From assembly GCA_014360895.1 (NCBI GenBank), contig JACIWQ010000005.1, positions 1-57,423 of the forward strand: DNA of 57,423 nt, written 5' to 3'. The notes beneath the pieces are model-generated. The model saw only the letters and a list, made by a program, of their open reading frames with translations. It did not search any database and was not told the origin of the DNA. Positions 37,381-45,739 of this stretch are shown in pieces. This DNA comes from Thermoflexales bacterium (GTDB lineage Bacteria; Chloroflexota; Anaerolineae; B4-G1; DUEL01). A program made the translations under genes and the position numbers. Within the stretch, counting starts at the first letter, position 1. The number at the start of each line of letters is the position of its first letter.

Positions 37381-38421
37381 ATGGTCCCAGAGAGCCTGCG
37401 GAAGGGAATCGCCGCGGCGAAAGGAGGTCGGAAAGGGGAAGCTCGCGCCGCTTTCCGGGCCGTGCTGGCAGAGGACCCGACCCATGAGACGGCCCTCCTC
37501 TGGCTAGCTTACCTGGCCGATGATCCCCGGGCCTCGCTGGCCTACATCGCGCGGGCGCTGGAAGCCCACCCCGATAGCCGGCGAGCCCATGCGGCATTGC
37601 GCTGGGCTCGCCGACGGCTGGCAGAGCAGACCGGGCCCTCTCCCGCCGTCCCCTCTCAGGCTACCCGCCCCACCGAGGTCCCCCAGGCCACCCGCCCGGC
37701 AGGGAGTAGGCCCCCCACCTCATCCGCCCGGGCCCGCCGAAGGACGGTCCGTTGGTGGTTGCCCATTCTCTGGATTTTCCTGAGCCTGCTTTGCATTAGC
37801 ATGCTCTGGCGGGACGGATGGACTCCCTATGCGCTGATCGCGATGTTCGCCCCCTCCCCCACGTACACCTCTACCCCGACGGCAACCCCGACGCCGACAC
37901 CCACTTCCACCCCGACTTTTACCCCGACCCCCACCCCCACGGCGACCCCCACGCCGACCCCGACGCCCACATCAACTCCCACGCCGACGCCCACCCCAAC
38001 CCCATCGCCGACGGCGACCCGCCGTCCGCCCACGGCGACCCCCGTCCCACCGCCCGCGCCGGTGAACGAAGACCGCTGGATTGACGTGGACCTCACCCGC
38101 CAGATACTGACCGCCTATGAGGGGGATGTCCCGGTGCGGGTGATCGTCGTCTCCACCGGCCTGCCCCGAACGCCGACGCCGACCGGGCAGTTTCGCATCT
38201 GGGCCAAACTCCGCTACGATGATATGTACGGGCCCGACTACTATCTCCCCGACGTCCCCTACGTGATGTACTTCTACGGCGGCTACGGCCTGCACGGCAC
38301 CTACTGGCATAACAACTTCGGTCGCCCGATGAGCCACGGTTGTATCAATCTCCCCACTCCCGAAGCGGAGTGGCTGTTCAACTGGGCCGAGGTGGGGACG
38401 CTGGTCAATATTCACTACTGA
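37381..38421 (+). CDS. L,D-transpeptidase (YkuD) with N-terminal TPR-like helices, TM helix and Pro/Thr stalk
   Basis: WIDVDLTRQ, VSTG..TPTP.G.F, HGTYW...SHGCINL (HxX14-17HGC); start could be 37372. Confidence 0.9.
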   Translation: MVPESLRKGIAAAKGGRKGEARAAFRAVLAEDPTHETALLWLAYLADDPRASLAYIARALEAHPDSRRAHAALRWARRRLAEQTGPSPAVPSQATRPTEVPQATRPAGSRPPTSSARARRRTVRWWLPILWIFLSLLCISMLWRDGWTPYALIAMFAPSPTYTSTPTATPTPTPTSTPTFTPTPTPTATPTPTPTPTSTPTPTPTPTPSPTATRRPPTATPVPPPAPVNEDRWIDVDLTRQILTAYEGDVPVRVIVVSTGLPRTPTPTGQFRIWAKLRYDDMYGPDYYLPDVPYVMYFYGGYGLHGTYWHNNFGRPMSHGCINLPTPEAEWLFNWAEVGTLVNIHY

Positions 38422-38445
38422 AAGAGGGGCTGCGGCGGATACATT

Positions 38446-38547
38446 AAACTTCATCGGAAATAGGACGCGGATGAACGCGGACGAGCGCAGATTCTCCTTG
38501 GAAAAAGATACGTGCTGCGCCACTTGGCGCTATTTCCGATAAAGTCT
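38446..38547. mobile_element. Putative MITE of about 100 bp with 18-bp terminal inverted repeats (copy 1)
   Basis: AAACTTCATCGGAAATAG...CTATTTCCGATAAAGTCT; near-identical inverted copy at 45622-45719. Confidence 0.75.
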
Positions 38548-38561
38548 GTTCTTGCAGTTTC

Positions 38562-38648
38562 GCCCGGCGCTGATATGCCGGGCTCCGTTGCAAAGCCCTT
38601 GAAGGAGGCTTTGGGACACGCGCCGGGCATTTTCAGAAGCGCCGGGCA
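38562..38648. repeat. Palindromic REP-like element
   Basis: GCCCGGCGCT...AGCGCCGGGC stem; inner AAGCCCTT..GGCTTTGGGA motif shared with 48072-48113. Confidence 0.6.
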
Positions 38649-38708
38649 CGTTCGGGCACCCGTTCGCTCTGCCCGCAGTGATACGGCAGGCAGTTACTTT
38701 CCACTCGT

Positions 38709-40100
38709 TCACTGCCAGAACTGGGGCAGATACTCCCGGTACGTGGTCAGATAATCATCCAGAATCTGCTGCGCCACCTCTATGTCGGTGACCACCGGGT
38801 CCAGGAGCAGGCACTGGAGCGCAGCCCGGCGGTCGCCCTTCACCGCCGCGTCCACGCACAACCGGGCCACCGCAATCTCGCGCCGGCACAACTCTGCGAT
38901 GGGCTCCGGCAGCGCCCCCACGCAGACCCCCTGCACCCCGGCCCCGGTGACCACGCCGGGGACCTCCACAATCGCCCCCTCCGGCAGGTTGGAGATGGCG
39001 CCCCGATTGGGAACGTTGACCGCCAGATGGTAATGGCGCCCCGCCCCCGCGATGTTCTCAATCATCTCCAGCGCCCCCTCGCTATCCGCCCCGGCCAGGG
39101 AGTCCAAGCTCAGCCGACCGTCGGCCAGGCGGGCCATCTCCTCATACCGGACCTCCCGGACCTGCTCCCAGATGTCCCACTCATACAGGTCCAGGCCGTA
39201 CTTCTCCCAGGGGCGGGTGACGGGGTCACTGACCCAGGGCAGATACTCGGAAAGATGCTCGTCGCCGGGAACGGGGAACAGTCCGAAAATCTCGTACATC
39301 CGACGGGTCAGCGGCTCAAAGGCGGGGTCCATCTGCGCCCAGCGGGCCGCGAACAGGGGGTAGAGGTCTTCACCCGTGAGCCGGTCTCGCACGCTCAGCA
39401 TCCAGGTGAAGTGATTCAGGCCGGCCGCCTGAATATCCAGCCGCTCCACCGCCTGCCGGATGACCACCTCGCGCGCCGGAATCGTGGCGAGGGACGCGCG
39501 GGTATCGGTGAACCCCTCGGGGACGGTAAAACCCAGGTCTGCCGCCAGGGCCAGTCCCACCACCGCATACCCCACGTAAATCTGATGGCAGAGGCCAACG
39601 ACCTTGATGCGGCTATAACGGGCAATCGCGTCGCAGATGCGGACCATCGGATTGGTGTAGTTGATGAGCCAGGCATTCGGGCAGAGCTGTTCCATATCCC
39701 GCGCAATCTCCATGACCGGAACAATATTGCGGGCCGCGTGGGCGAACCCGCCCGGTCCGCCGTTTTCGGCGTAGGGCTGTCGGACGCCGTACCGGAGAGG
39801 GATTTCGTAGTCCATCCGCCACAGCCGTTCGCGCGGCGTCACCTCAATGGAGAGGACGACGAACCCGGCCCCCTCCAGCGCTTCGGCATGATGGGTGTGG
39901 GTAGTCACGGTCATCCGGGCATCCCACTCCCGGTTCAACCAATGGGCCAGACGGCCCACCAGCGTCAGTGCGTCGGCGTTGCGGTCCACCAATGCCAGGT
40001 GGCTCTCCCGCAGGCGTGGGCTCCGCATCAGCGCGGCCAGCGTGTTCAACCCGAAACTGGCACTGCCGGCCCCAATCACGACGATTTTGGTCGGAAGCAT
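38709..40100 (-). CDS. Family 4 glycoside hydrolase (NAD+-dependent alpha-galactosidase/glucosidase)
   Basis: KIVVIGAGS, ENGGPGG, NYTNPM, GLCH, AGLNHFTW, HLSEY, NLPEGAIVEVP. Confidence 0.92.
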   Translation of the reverse strand: MLPTKIVVIGAGSASFGLNTLAALMRSPRLRESHLALVDRNADALTLVGRLAHWLNREWDARMTVTTHTHHAEALEGAGFVVLSIEVTPRERLWRMDYEIPLRYGVRQPYAENGGPGGFAHAARNIVPVMEIARDMEQLCPNAWLINYTNPMVRICDAIARYSRIKVVGLCHQIYVGYAVVGLALAADLGFTVPEGFTDTRASLATIPAREVVIRQAVERLDIQAAGLNHFTWMLSVRDRLTGEDLYPLFAARWAQMDPAFEPLTRRMYEIFGLFPVPGDEHLSEYLPWVSDPVTRPWEKYGLDLYEWDIWEQVREVRYEEMARLADGRLSLDSLAGADSEGALEMIENIAGAGRHYHLAVNVPNRGAISNLPEGAIVEVPGVVTGAGVQGVCVGALPEPIAELCRREIAVARLCVDAAVKGDRRAALQCLLLDPVVTDIEVAQQILDDYLTTYREYLPQFWQ

Positions 40101-40122
40101 GCTGTTCCTCCTCTGGGTTCGC

Positions 40123-40172
40123 TTGACGAAAAAACGCTGTTCCATTATAATGCCGCCATCAATGGAGGACAA
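40123..40172. promoter_or_regulatory. Overlapping divergent promoters for ffh and the GH4 gene
   Basis: Plus: TTGACG (40123), 17 bp, TATAAT (40146). Minus: TTGTCC (40172), 17 bp, TATAAT (40149). Confidence 0.7.
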
Positions 40173-40177
40173 ACCGG

Positions 40178-41509
40178 ATGTTTGAGAATCTGAGCGACCG
40201 GCTTCAGGCCATCTTCGGGCGACTGCGCAAGCGGGGCGTCCTGCGCGAGGCGGATGTGGACGAGGTGATGCGGGAAATCCGCCTGGCCCTTCTGGAGGCG
40301 GACGTCCATTACAAAGTGGTCCGGGACTTCATCGCCCGCGTGCGGGAGCGGGCGATCGGAGCGGAGGTGAGCCGGGCGCTCAGTCCGGCGCAACAGGTCA
40401 TTAAAATCGTCTACGAGGAACTGGTCGCCACGCTGGGGGAGCCGGGGCGGCTGGAACTGAAAGGGCCGGCACCCTACGTGATTATGGCCGTCGGCCTCCA
40501 GGGCTCCGGCAAGACGACGACGGTCGCCAAACTGGCCCGTCACCTCAAGGAGCGGGGCCACCTGCCGCTGATGGTCGCCGCCGATACCTACCGTCCGGCG
40601 GCGGTGACCCAACTGGAAGTGCTGGGCCGCCAGTTGGGGCTGCCGGTCTACAGCGAGGGCGTCTCCGCCGACCCGCCGTCTATCTGCGTCCGGGGCGTGC
40701 AGGAGGCCCGCCGTCGGGGCTACGACGTGGTCATCCTGGATACCGCCGGTCGCCTCCAGATTGACGATGAGATGATGCGGGAACTGGAAGCCGTCGCCCG
40801 GCAGGTCCGCCCGGTGGAGATTCTGCTGGTCGCCGACGCGATGACCGGGCAGGAGGCCGTCAACATCGCCTCCGGCTTCCACCAGCGGCTGGGACTCACC
40901 GGTCTGATTCTGACCAAGATAGACGGCGACGCGCGCGGCGGGGCGGCCATCAGCATGCGGGCGGTCACCGGCGTCCCCATCAAGTTTTTGGGGACGGGCG
41001 AGAAGGCGGACGCGCTGGAGGTCTTCCACCCGGAGCGGCTGGCCTCCCGCATCCTGGGCATGGGGGACGTGTTGACCCTCATTGAGCGGGCGGAGGCGGC
41101 CTTTGACGCCGAGCAGGCCCGCCGGATGGTGGAGAAAATCCAGGAGGCGGAGTTTGACCTGGAGGACTTCCTGGAGCAACTGCGGCAGGTGCGCAAGATG
41201 GGGCCGGTGACCCAGGTTCTGGAGATGATGCCGGGGATGGGGAAGGTGGCGGGCGCCGTGGACCCGAAAGAGGCGGAGCGGCAACTGCGGCGGGTGGAGG
41301 CGATCATCCTCTCCATGACCCCGGAGGAGCGGCGGAACCCGCGCATCCTGAACGCCAGCCGGAAGCGGCGCATCGCCCGGGGGAGCGGGACCACCGTCCA
41401 GGAGGTCAACGCGCTGCTCAACCAGTACCGCCAGATGCAGCGGATGCTGAAGCAGATGACGCGCGGGCGCGGCCTCCTCTCCGGCCTGGCGCGGATGTTC
41501 GGTGGATAA
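40178..41509 (+). CDS. ffh: Signal recognition particle protein
   Basis: ALLEADV, GLQGSGKTT, DTAGRL, TKIDGDARGG, M domain. Confidence 0.98.
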   Translation: MFENLSDRLQAIFGRLRKRGVLREADVDEVMREIRLALLEADVHYKVVRDFIARVRERAIGAEVSRALSPAQQVIKIVYEELVATLGEPGRLELKGPAPYVIMAVGLQGSGKTTTVAKLARHLKERGHLPLMVAADTYRPAAVTQLEVLGRQLGLPVYSEGVSADPPSICVRGVQEARRRGYDVVILDTAGRLQIDDEMMRELEAVARQVRPVEILLVADAMTGQEAVNIASGFHQRLGLTGLILTKIDGDARGGAAISMRAVTGVPIKFLGTGEKADALEVFHPERLASRILGMGDVLTLIERAEAAFDAEQARRMVEKIQEAEFDLEDFLEQLRQVRKMGPVTQVLEMMPGMGKVAGAVDPKEAERQLRRVEAIILSMTPEERRNPRILNASRKRRIARGSGTTVQEVNALLNQYRQMQRMLKQMTRGRGLLSGLARMFGG

Positions 41510-41519
41510 CCCCGGCGAT

Positions 41520-41548
41520 TTGACAAAATAAAAAGGGTGGTGTATGCT
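41520..41548 (+). promoter_or_regulatory. rpsP operon promoter
   Basis: TTGACA, 17-bp spacer, TATGCT. Confidence 0.75.
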
Positions 41549-41748
41549 GAAAGTAGCCCGGGAGGGATGACCTCATCCCTTAGTGCTGAATGACCAAATA
41601 CCAATTTGCGCAATGGGGCAAAAACCGCATCGCGGCAGAGAAATCTCCCCCGGAGCGGTGAGGGGCTACACCTCCTGCCGCAAGCGAAGTGCGGTTTTGC
41701 CTTACTGCCAATTTACCAAATCCCAACCTACCAACCCTCAGGAGGAGC

Positions 41749-42051
41749 ATGGTCAAAATCCGATTACGACGCGTAGGCGCCAAGCAGCAACCCAGTTACC
41801 GGATTGTGGTCACCGACTCCCGAGCTCCCCGGGACGGGGCCTACATAGAGGCCATCGGCTTCTATAACCCCCGCACGGAGCCGGAGACGGTCCAGATTCA
41901 GGAAGAGCGGGCGCTCTACTGGCTGAGTGTCGGCGCCCAGCCGACGGAAGCCGTTGCCCGCCTGTTAGAGAAGAGCGGTACGCTGGCCCGGTTCGCCCGA
42001 CTGAAGGCGGGAGAATCCCTGGAGGCACTGGTCGCGGAGGCGGCCGCCTGA
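41749..42051 (+). CDS. rpsP: 30S ribosomal protein S16
   Basis: [33 protein letters not shown]. Confidence 0.97.
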   Translation: MVKIRLRRVGAKQQPSYRIVVTDSRAPRDGAYIEAIGFYNPRTEPETVQIQEERALYWLSVGAQPTEAVARLLEKSGTLARFARLKAGESLEALVAEAAA

Positions 42052-42228
42052 CCGATCGTCCTTCCGGGCACGGCCTCGCTCCGGCTATTCGGGTCAGCGG
42101 ACCGTGGCGGGGAGGCTTCTCGCGCCCGAATGATAGCCGAGGGGAAGGGGGAAGAGCCGAGAGACCTGTTCCCACCTGGAACCTCATCTCCGTAAACTGC
42201 CCATCCACCACCATCATGGAGGTCTACT

Positions 42229-42465
42229 ATGTCCGCAATGAAAGACCTGGTTGAGTATATCGCCAAAGCGCTGGCCGACAAGCCGAACCAGGTACAGGTC
42301 TCCGAGATTGAGGGAGAGGCCGCGCTCGTTCTGGAACTGCGGGTTGCCCCGGAGGATATGGGGCGCATCATCGGGAAGGACGGGCGAACCGCCAATGCGA
42401 TTCGCACCCTCGTTCGTGTGCTTGCCGCCAAACAGGGGAAGCGGGTCACCCTGGAAATCGTCTGA
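42229..42465 (+). CDS. khpA: KH-domain RNA-binding protein KhpA
   Basis: [16 protein letters not shown]; directly after rpsP. Confidence 0.93.
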   Translation: MSAMKDLVEYIAKALADKPNQVQVSEIEGEAALVLELRVAPEDMGRIIGKDGRTANAIRTLVRVLAAKQGKRVTLEIV

Positions 42466-42505
42466 TCGCCAACGCACTCATCCTTCCGGGAGGGAGCCCG
42501 AAACC

Positions 42506-43081
42506 ACGCGGGGCTCAGGGCCGCCGCCTCGGCCGACTGAGCCCCGCTTCTTGACCGTCGGCCGCATCCTCCGCCCTCACGGTGTCCGGGGCGAGATGCG
42601 CATGGAGATCCTCACCGGTTATCCGGAGCGGCTCCATCTCCATCGCGTCTTCTATCTGGGCCCCCAGGCCCGACCCTATCCGGTGGAGTCCGTCCGATTC
42701 CACCAGGGAGCCGCGCTGATTAAACTCGCGGGCTGCGACACCCGCACCGCCGCCGAGGCCCTGCGCGGCCTGCTGGTCCAGATTCCCCTGGAAGACGCCG
42801 TCCCCCTGGAAGAAGGAGAGTATTATTACTTCCAGGTCGTCGGCGTGGAGGTCTTCACCGACGGAGGGGAGTTCCTGGGCCGGGTGGTGGAGGTTATGGA
42901 GACGGGCGCCAATGACGTCTACGTTGTCCAGGGGCCGCGCGGGGAAGTGCTTATCCCGGCAGTAGAGGACGTGGTGCGCGAACTGGACCTGACCGCCCGC
43001 CGAATGGTCATCGTCCCACTGCCGGGATTGCTGGAAGACGAAAATCACACAAGGACACAAAGACACAAAGACATAAATTAA
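42506..43081 (+). CDS. rimM: Ribosome maturation factor RimM (start codon uncertain)
   Basis: VGRILRPHGVRGE, EGEYY, TGANDVYV, LIPAV. Confidence 0.9.
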   Translation, partial: TRGSGPPPRPTEPRFLTVGRILRPHGVRGEMRMEILTGYPERLHLHRVFYLGPQARPYPVESVRFHQGAALIKLAGCDTRTAAEALRGLLVQIPLEDAVPLEEGEYYYFQVVGVEVFTDGGEFLGRVVEVMETGANDVYVVQGPRGEVLIPAVEDVVRELDLTARRMVIVPLPGLLEDENHTRTQRHKDIN

Positions 43082-43112
43082 AAATTTCTTTGTGCCTCGG
43101 CGTCTTGGTGTG
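43046..43112. repeat. 8-mer hairpin (ACACAAAG family) overlapping the rimM 3' end
   Basis: CACACAAGGACACAAAGACACAAAG...CTTTGTGCCTCGGCGTCTTGGTGTG. Confidence 0.85.
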
Positions 43113-43121
43113 AGGAAAAAC

Positions 43122-44204
43122 ATGACCGGAAGGGAGCGCTACTACGTCGGGTTCAATCTGGTGCGGGGCATCGGCCCGGCCCGCCTGCGCATGCTGATAG
43201 ACGCCTTCGGGGACGTGGAGCGGGCATGGCACGCACCGGCGGACGCGCTCCACCGGGTCGGGCTGGACCGGCGGTCACTGGAGAACCTGCTGGAGACCCG
43301 CGCCCGGGTGGACTTGGACCGGGAAGTGCGGCGGGTGGCCGCCGCAGGCGCCCACATCCTCACCTGGGAGGACGAGGCATACCCCCGGCTGCTGGCGGAG
43401 ATTCCCGACCCGCCGCCCATCCTGTACATCCGGGGAGAACTGAAGCCGGAGGACGCCTGGGCGGTGGCCGTGGTGGGCACCCGCCGCGCCAGCACCTACG
43501 GGCGGGAGGTCACCCGGCGGCTGGTGACGGTGCTGGCCCAGAGCGGCGTCACCATTGTCAGCGGGCTGGCCCGGGGGATAGACGCGGTGGCCCACCAGGC
43601 CGCGCTGGAGGCCGGCGGGCGTACCGTCGCCGTCCTGGGCTGCGGGATTGACCTGGTCTACCCGCCGGAGCACCGGGACCTGGCCCGCCGCATCGCCGCG
43701 CAGGGCGCGCTGGTCACCGAGTACCCGCCGGGCACCCCGCCGGAGCCGGGCAATTTTCCCCCGCGCAACCGCATCATCAGCGGGCTGAGCCTGGGCGTCC
43801 TCATCACCGAAGCCGGGCGGGATAGCGGGGCCCTCATCACCGCCGACTATGCCGCCGAGCAGGGCCGGGACGTCTTCGCCGTCCCCGGCTCCATTCTCTC
43901 CGCCGGTTGCGCGGGCACCAACCGCCTCATCCAGGACGGCGCCAAAGCGGTCCTGGACGCGGCCGACATCCTCCAGGAACTGAACCTGACGATGGTCGCG
44001 GAGCAGAAGGAGGCCCGTCAGGCCCTGCCCGCGACGGAGACGGAAGCGCTCATCCTGGCCCACCTGAGCGCGGAGCCCGTCCACGTGGACGACCTGACCC
44101 GCGCCGTCGGCCTGCCGGTGGCCCAGGTCACCAGCACCCTAGCGCTGATGGAACTGAAGGGGATGGTGCGACAGGTGGGCGGGATGAAGTATGTGGCGGT
44201 ATGA
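43122..44204 (+). CDS. dprA: DNA-processing protein DprA
   Basis: YP.LL.EI.DPP, VAVVGTR, VSGLARGID, FPPRNRIISGLS, SGALITA, FAVPG. Confidence 0.96.
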   Translation: MTGRERYYVGFNLVRGIGPARLRMLIDAFGDVERAWHAPADALHRVGLDRRSLENLLETRARVDLDREVRRVAAAGAHILTWEDEAYPRLLAEIPDPPPILYIRGELKPEDAWAVAVVGTRRASTYGREVTRRLVTVLAQSGVTIVSGLARGIDAVAHQAALEAGGRTVAVLGCGIDLVYPPEHRDLARRIAAQGALVTEYPPGTPPEPGNFPPRNRIISGLSLGVLITEAGRDSGALITADYAAEQGRDVFAVPGSILSAGCAGTNRLIQDGAKAVLDAADILQELNLTMVAEQKEARQALPATETEALILAHLSAEPVHVDDLTRAVGLPVAQVTSTLALMELKGMVRQVGGMKYVAV

Positions 44205-44237
44205 CCACAGACAGCGGACAACAGTGATCCGTTCCGA

Positions 44238-44505
44238 GGGGGTCATTGCGAGCCGCCGAAGGGGGCGAAGCAATCCCCCCGTCGCATTGTGGGGATTGCT
44301 TCGGGCACTCCGTGCCCTCGCAATGACCCCGTGGCCGTCATTGCGAGCCGCCGAAGGGGGCGAAGGGCCACTCCGAAGGCCATGGCCCGAGAGGCCTCGC
44401 CTCGTGGGGCTCGCCCGAGGCGCAATCCCCCGGTGCTTCTGGGGATTGCCACCACGCTCTGCTCGTGGCAGGCTTTCGGGCGCTGCGTGCCCTCGCAATG
44501 ACCCC
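44238..44505. repeat. Two tandem REP-like palindromes GTCATTGCGAG...GCAATC / GATTGC...CTCGCAATGAC
   Basis: Elements at 44238-44330 and 44337-44505 with identical 5' arms. Confidence 0.9.
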
Positions 44506-44532
44506 ATCAATATCCATTAAGGAAGGAGTCCG

Positions 44533-45609
44533 ATGAGTTCCTGCTATGCGTTGATTATGGCGGGCGGCGGCGGGACGCGGCTGTGGCCGCTCAGCCGCCG
44601 TTCTCGCCCCAAACAGGCCCTCACCCTGGTGGGGGAACGGACCATGTTTGAGCACGCGGTGGACCGCATCGCGTCGCTCTTTCAGCCCGAAGAGATTTTC
44701 GTGGTGACCGGGGAGGAGCATCTGGAAACGCTCCTTTTCCAGGCGCCGGAACTTCCCCGGCAGAACTTCCTGCTGGAACCGGTGGGCCAGGGGACGGCCC
44801 CCGCCATCGGCCTGGGCGCCGTCCACCTGCGCCGTCGCGACCCTCAGGCCGTAATGGTTGTCCTCACTGCCGACCACTTCATCCGGGATGTGGAGACGTT
44901 TCGTCGGGCCCTGGCCGCCGCCGCCGAGGTCGCCGAAAAGGGCCACCTGGTCACCCTGGGCATCACCCCGTCCTTCCCCTCCACCGGCTTCGGCTACATC
45001 CAGCAGGGGGAACAACTCTATGAGGTGGACGGGTTCGCCGTCTTCCGCGCCCTGCGCTTCACCGAAAAGCCCACCGCGGAGACGGCGTTCCGGATGGTGG
45101 AATCCGGCCTCTACACCTGGAACAGTGGTATGTTCATCTGGCGGGTGGACCGGATTCTGGAGGAATTCGCCCGTCAGATGCCGGACCTCTACGACGTCCT
45201 GATGCAGATAGACGCGGTGCTGGATACCCCCGCCTACGAGCCGACACTCCGGCGGCTCTGGCCGGAACTTTCGCCCCAGTCCATTGACTACGGCGTTATG
45301 GAGGGGGCCCAGGACGTGGTCGTCATTCCGGTGGACATCGGCTGGTCGGATGTGGGGAACTGGTCCAGCATGCGGGAGATTCTCCCCGCCGACGCCGACG
45401 GGAACGTCGTCGTCGGCGAGCATGTGGGGATAGAGACCCGCAACTCCATTATCTTTGGCGGCCGCCGACTGATTGCCACCATCGGCCTGGAGGACATGAT
45501 CATCGTGGATACCGACGACGCCCTGCTCATCTGCCCGCTGGAGCGGGAGCAGGACGTTCGGGAGATGGTGCAGCGGCTGCGGGTGATGGGGAAGAACGGA
45601 GTACTGTAG
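44533..45609 (+). CDS. manC: Mannose-1-phosphate guanylyltransferase
   Basis: MAGGGGTRLWPLSR...PKQ, EP.G..TAPAI, ADH, GFGYI, FTEKP, WNSG.F, SIDYGVME, WSDVG.W. Confidence 0.94.
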   Translation: MSSCYALIMAGGGGTRLWPLSRRSRPKQALTLVGERTMFEHAVDRIASLFQPEEIFVVTGEEHLETLLFQAPELPRQNFLLEPVGQGTAPAIGLGAVHLRRRDPQAVMVVLTADHFIRDVETFRRALAAAAEVAEKGHLVTLGITPSFPSTGFGYIQQGEQLYEVDGFAVFRALRFTEKPTAETAFRMVESGLYTWNSGMFIWRVDRILEEFARQMPDLYDVLMQIDAVLDTPAYEPTLRRLWPELSPQSIDYGVMEGAQDVVVIPVDIGWSDVGNWSSMREILPADADGNVVVGEHVGIETRNSIIFGGRRLIATIGLEDMIIVDTDDALLICPLEREQDVREMVQRLRVMGKNGVL

Positions 45610-45621
45610 CGGGGAAATTCC

Positions 45622-45719
45622 AGATTTTATCGGAAATAGCGCCAGGTGGCGCAGTACGTATCTTTAAGGGAAATCTGCGCTCGTCCGCGTTCATCCGCGT
45701 CCTATTTCCGATGAAGTTT
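45622..45719. mobile_element. Putative MITE (copy 2, inverted relative to copy 1)
   Basis: AGATTTTATCGGAAATAG...CTATTTCCGATGAAGTTT; 48 contiguous identical nt with copy 1. Confidence 0.75.
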
Positions 45720-45739
45720 CCTGAGGAGGCTTTTCGCGA

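Noticed and set aside
37855-38060. Pro/Thr codon repeats here and at 2760-2890 as DNA repeat elements
   Set aside because: Ordinary low-complexity protein linkers with synonymous variation
41510-42228. SRP RNA (ffs) next to ffh
   Set aside because: The conserved helix-8 motif (CAGG...GGAA...AGCAG) was not found in either spacer
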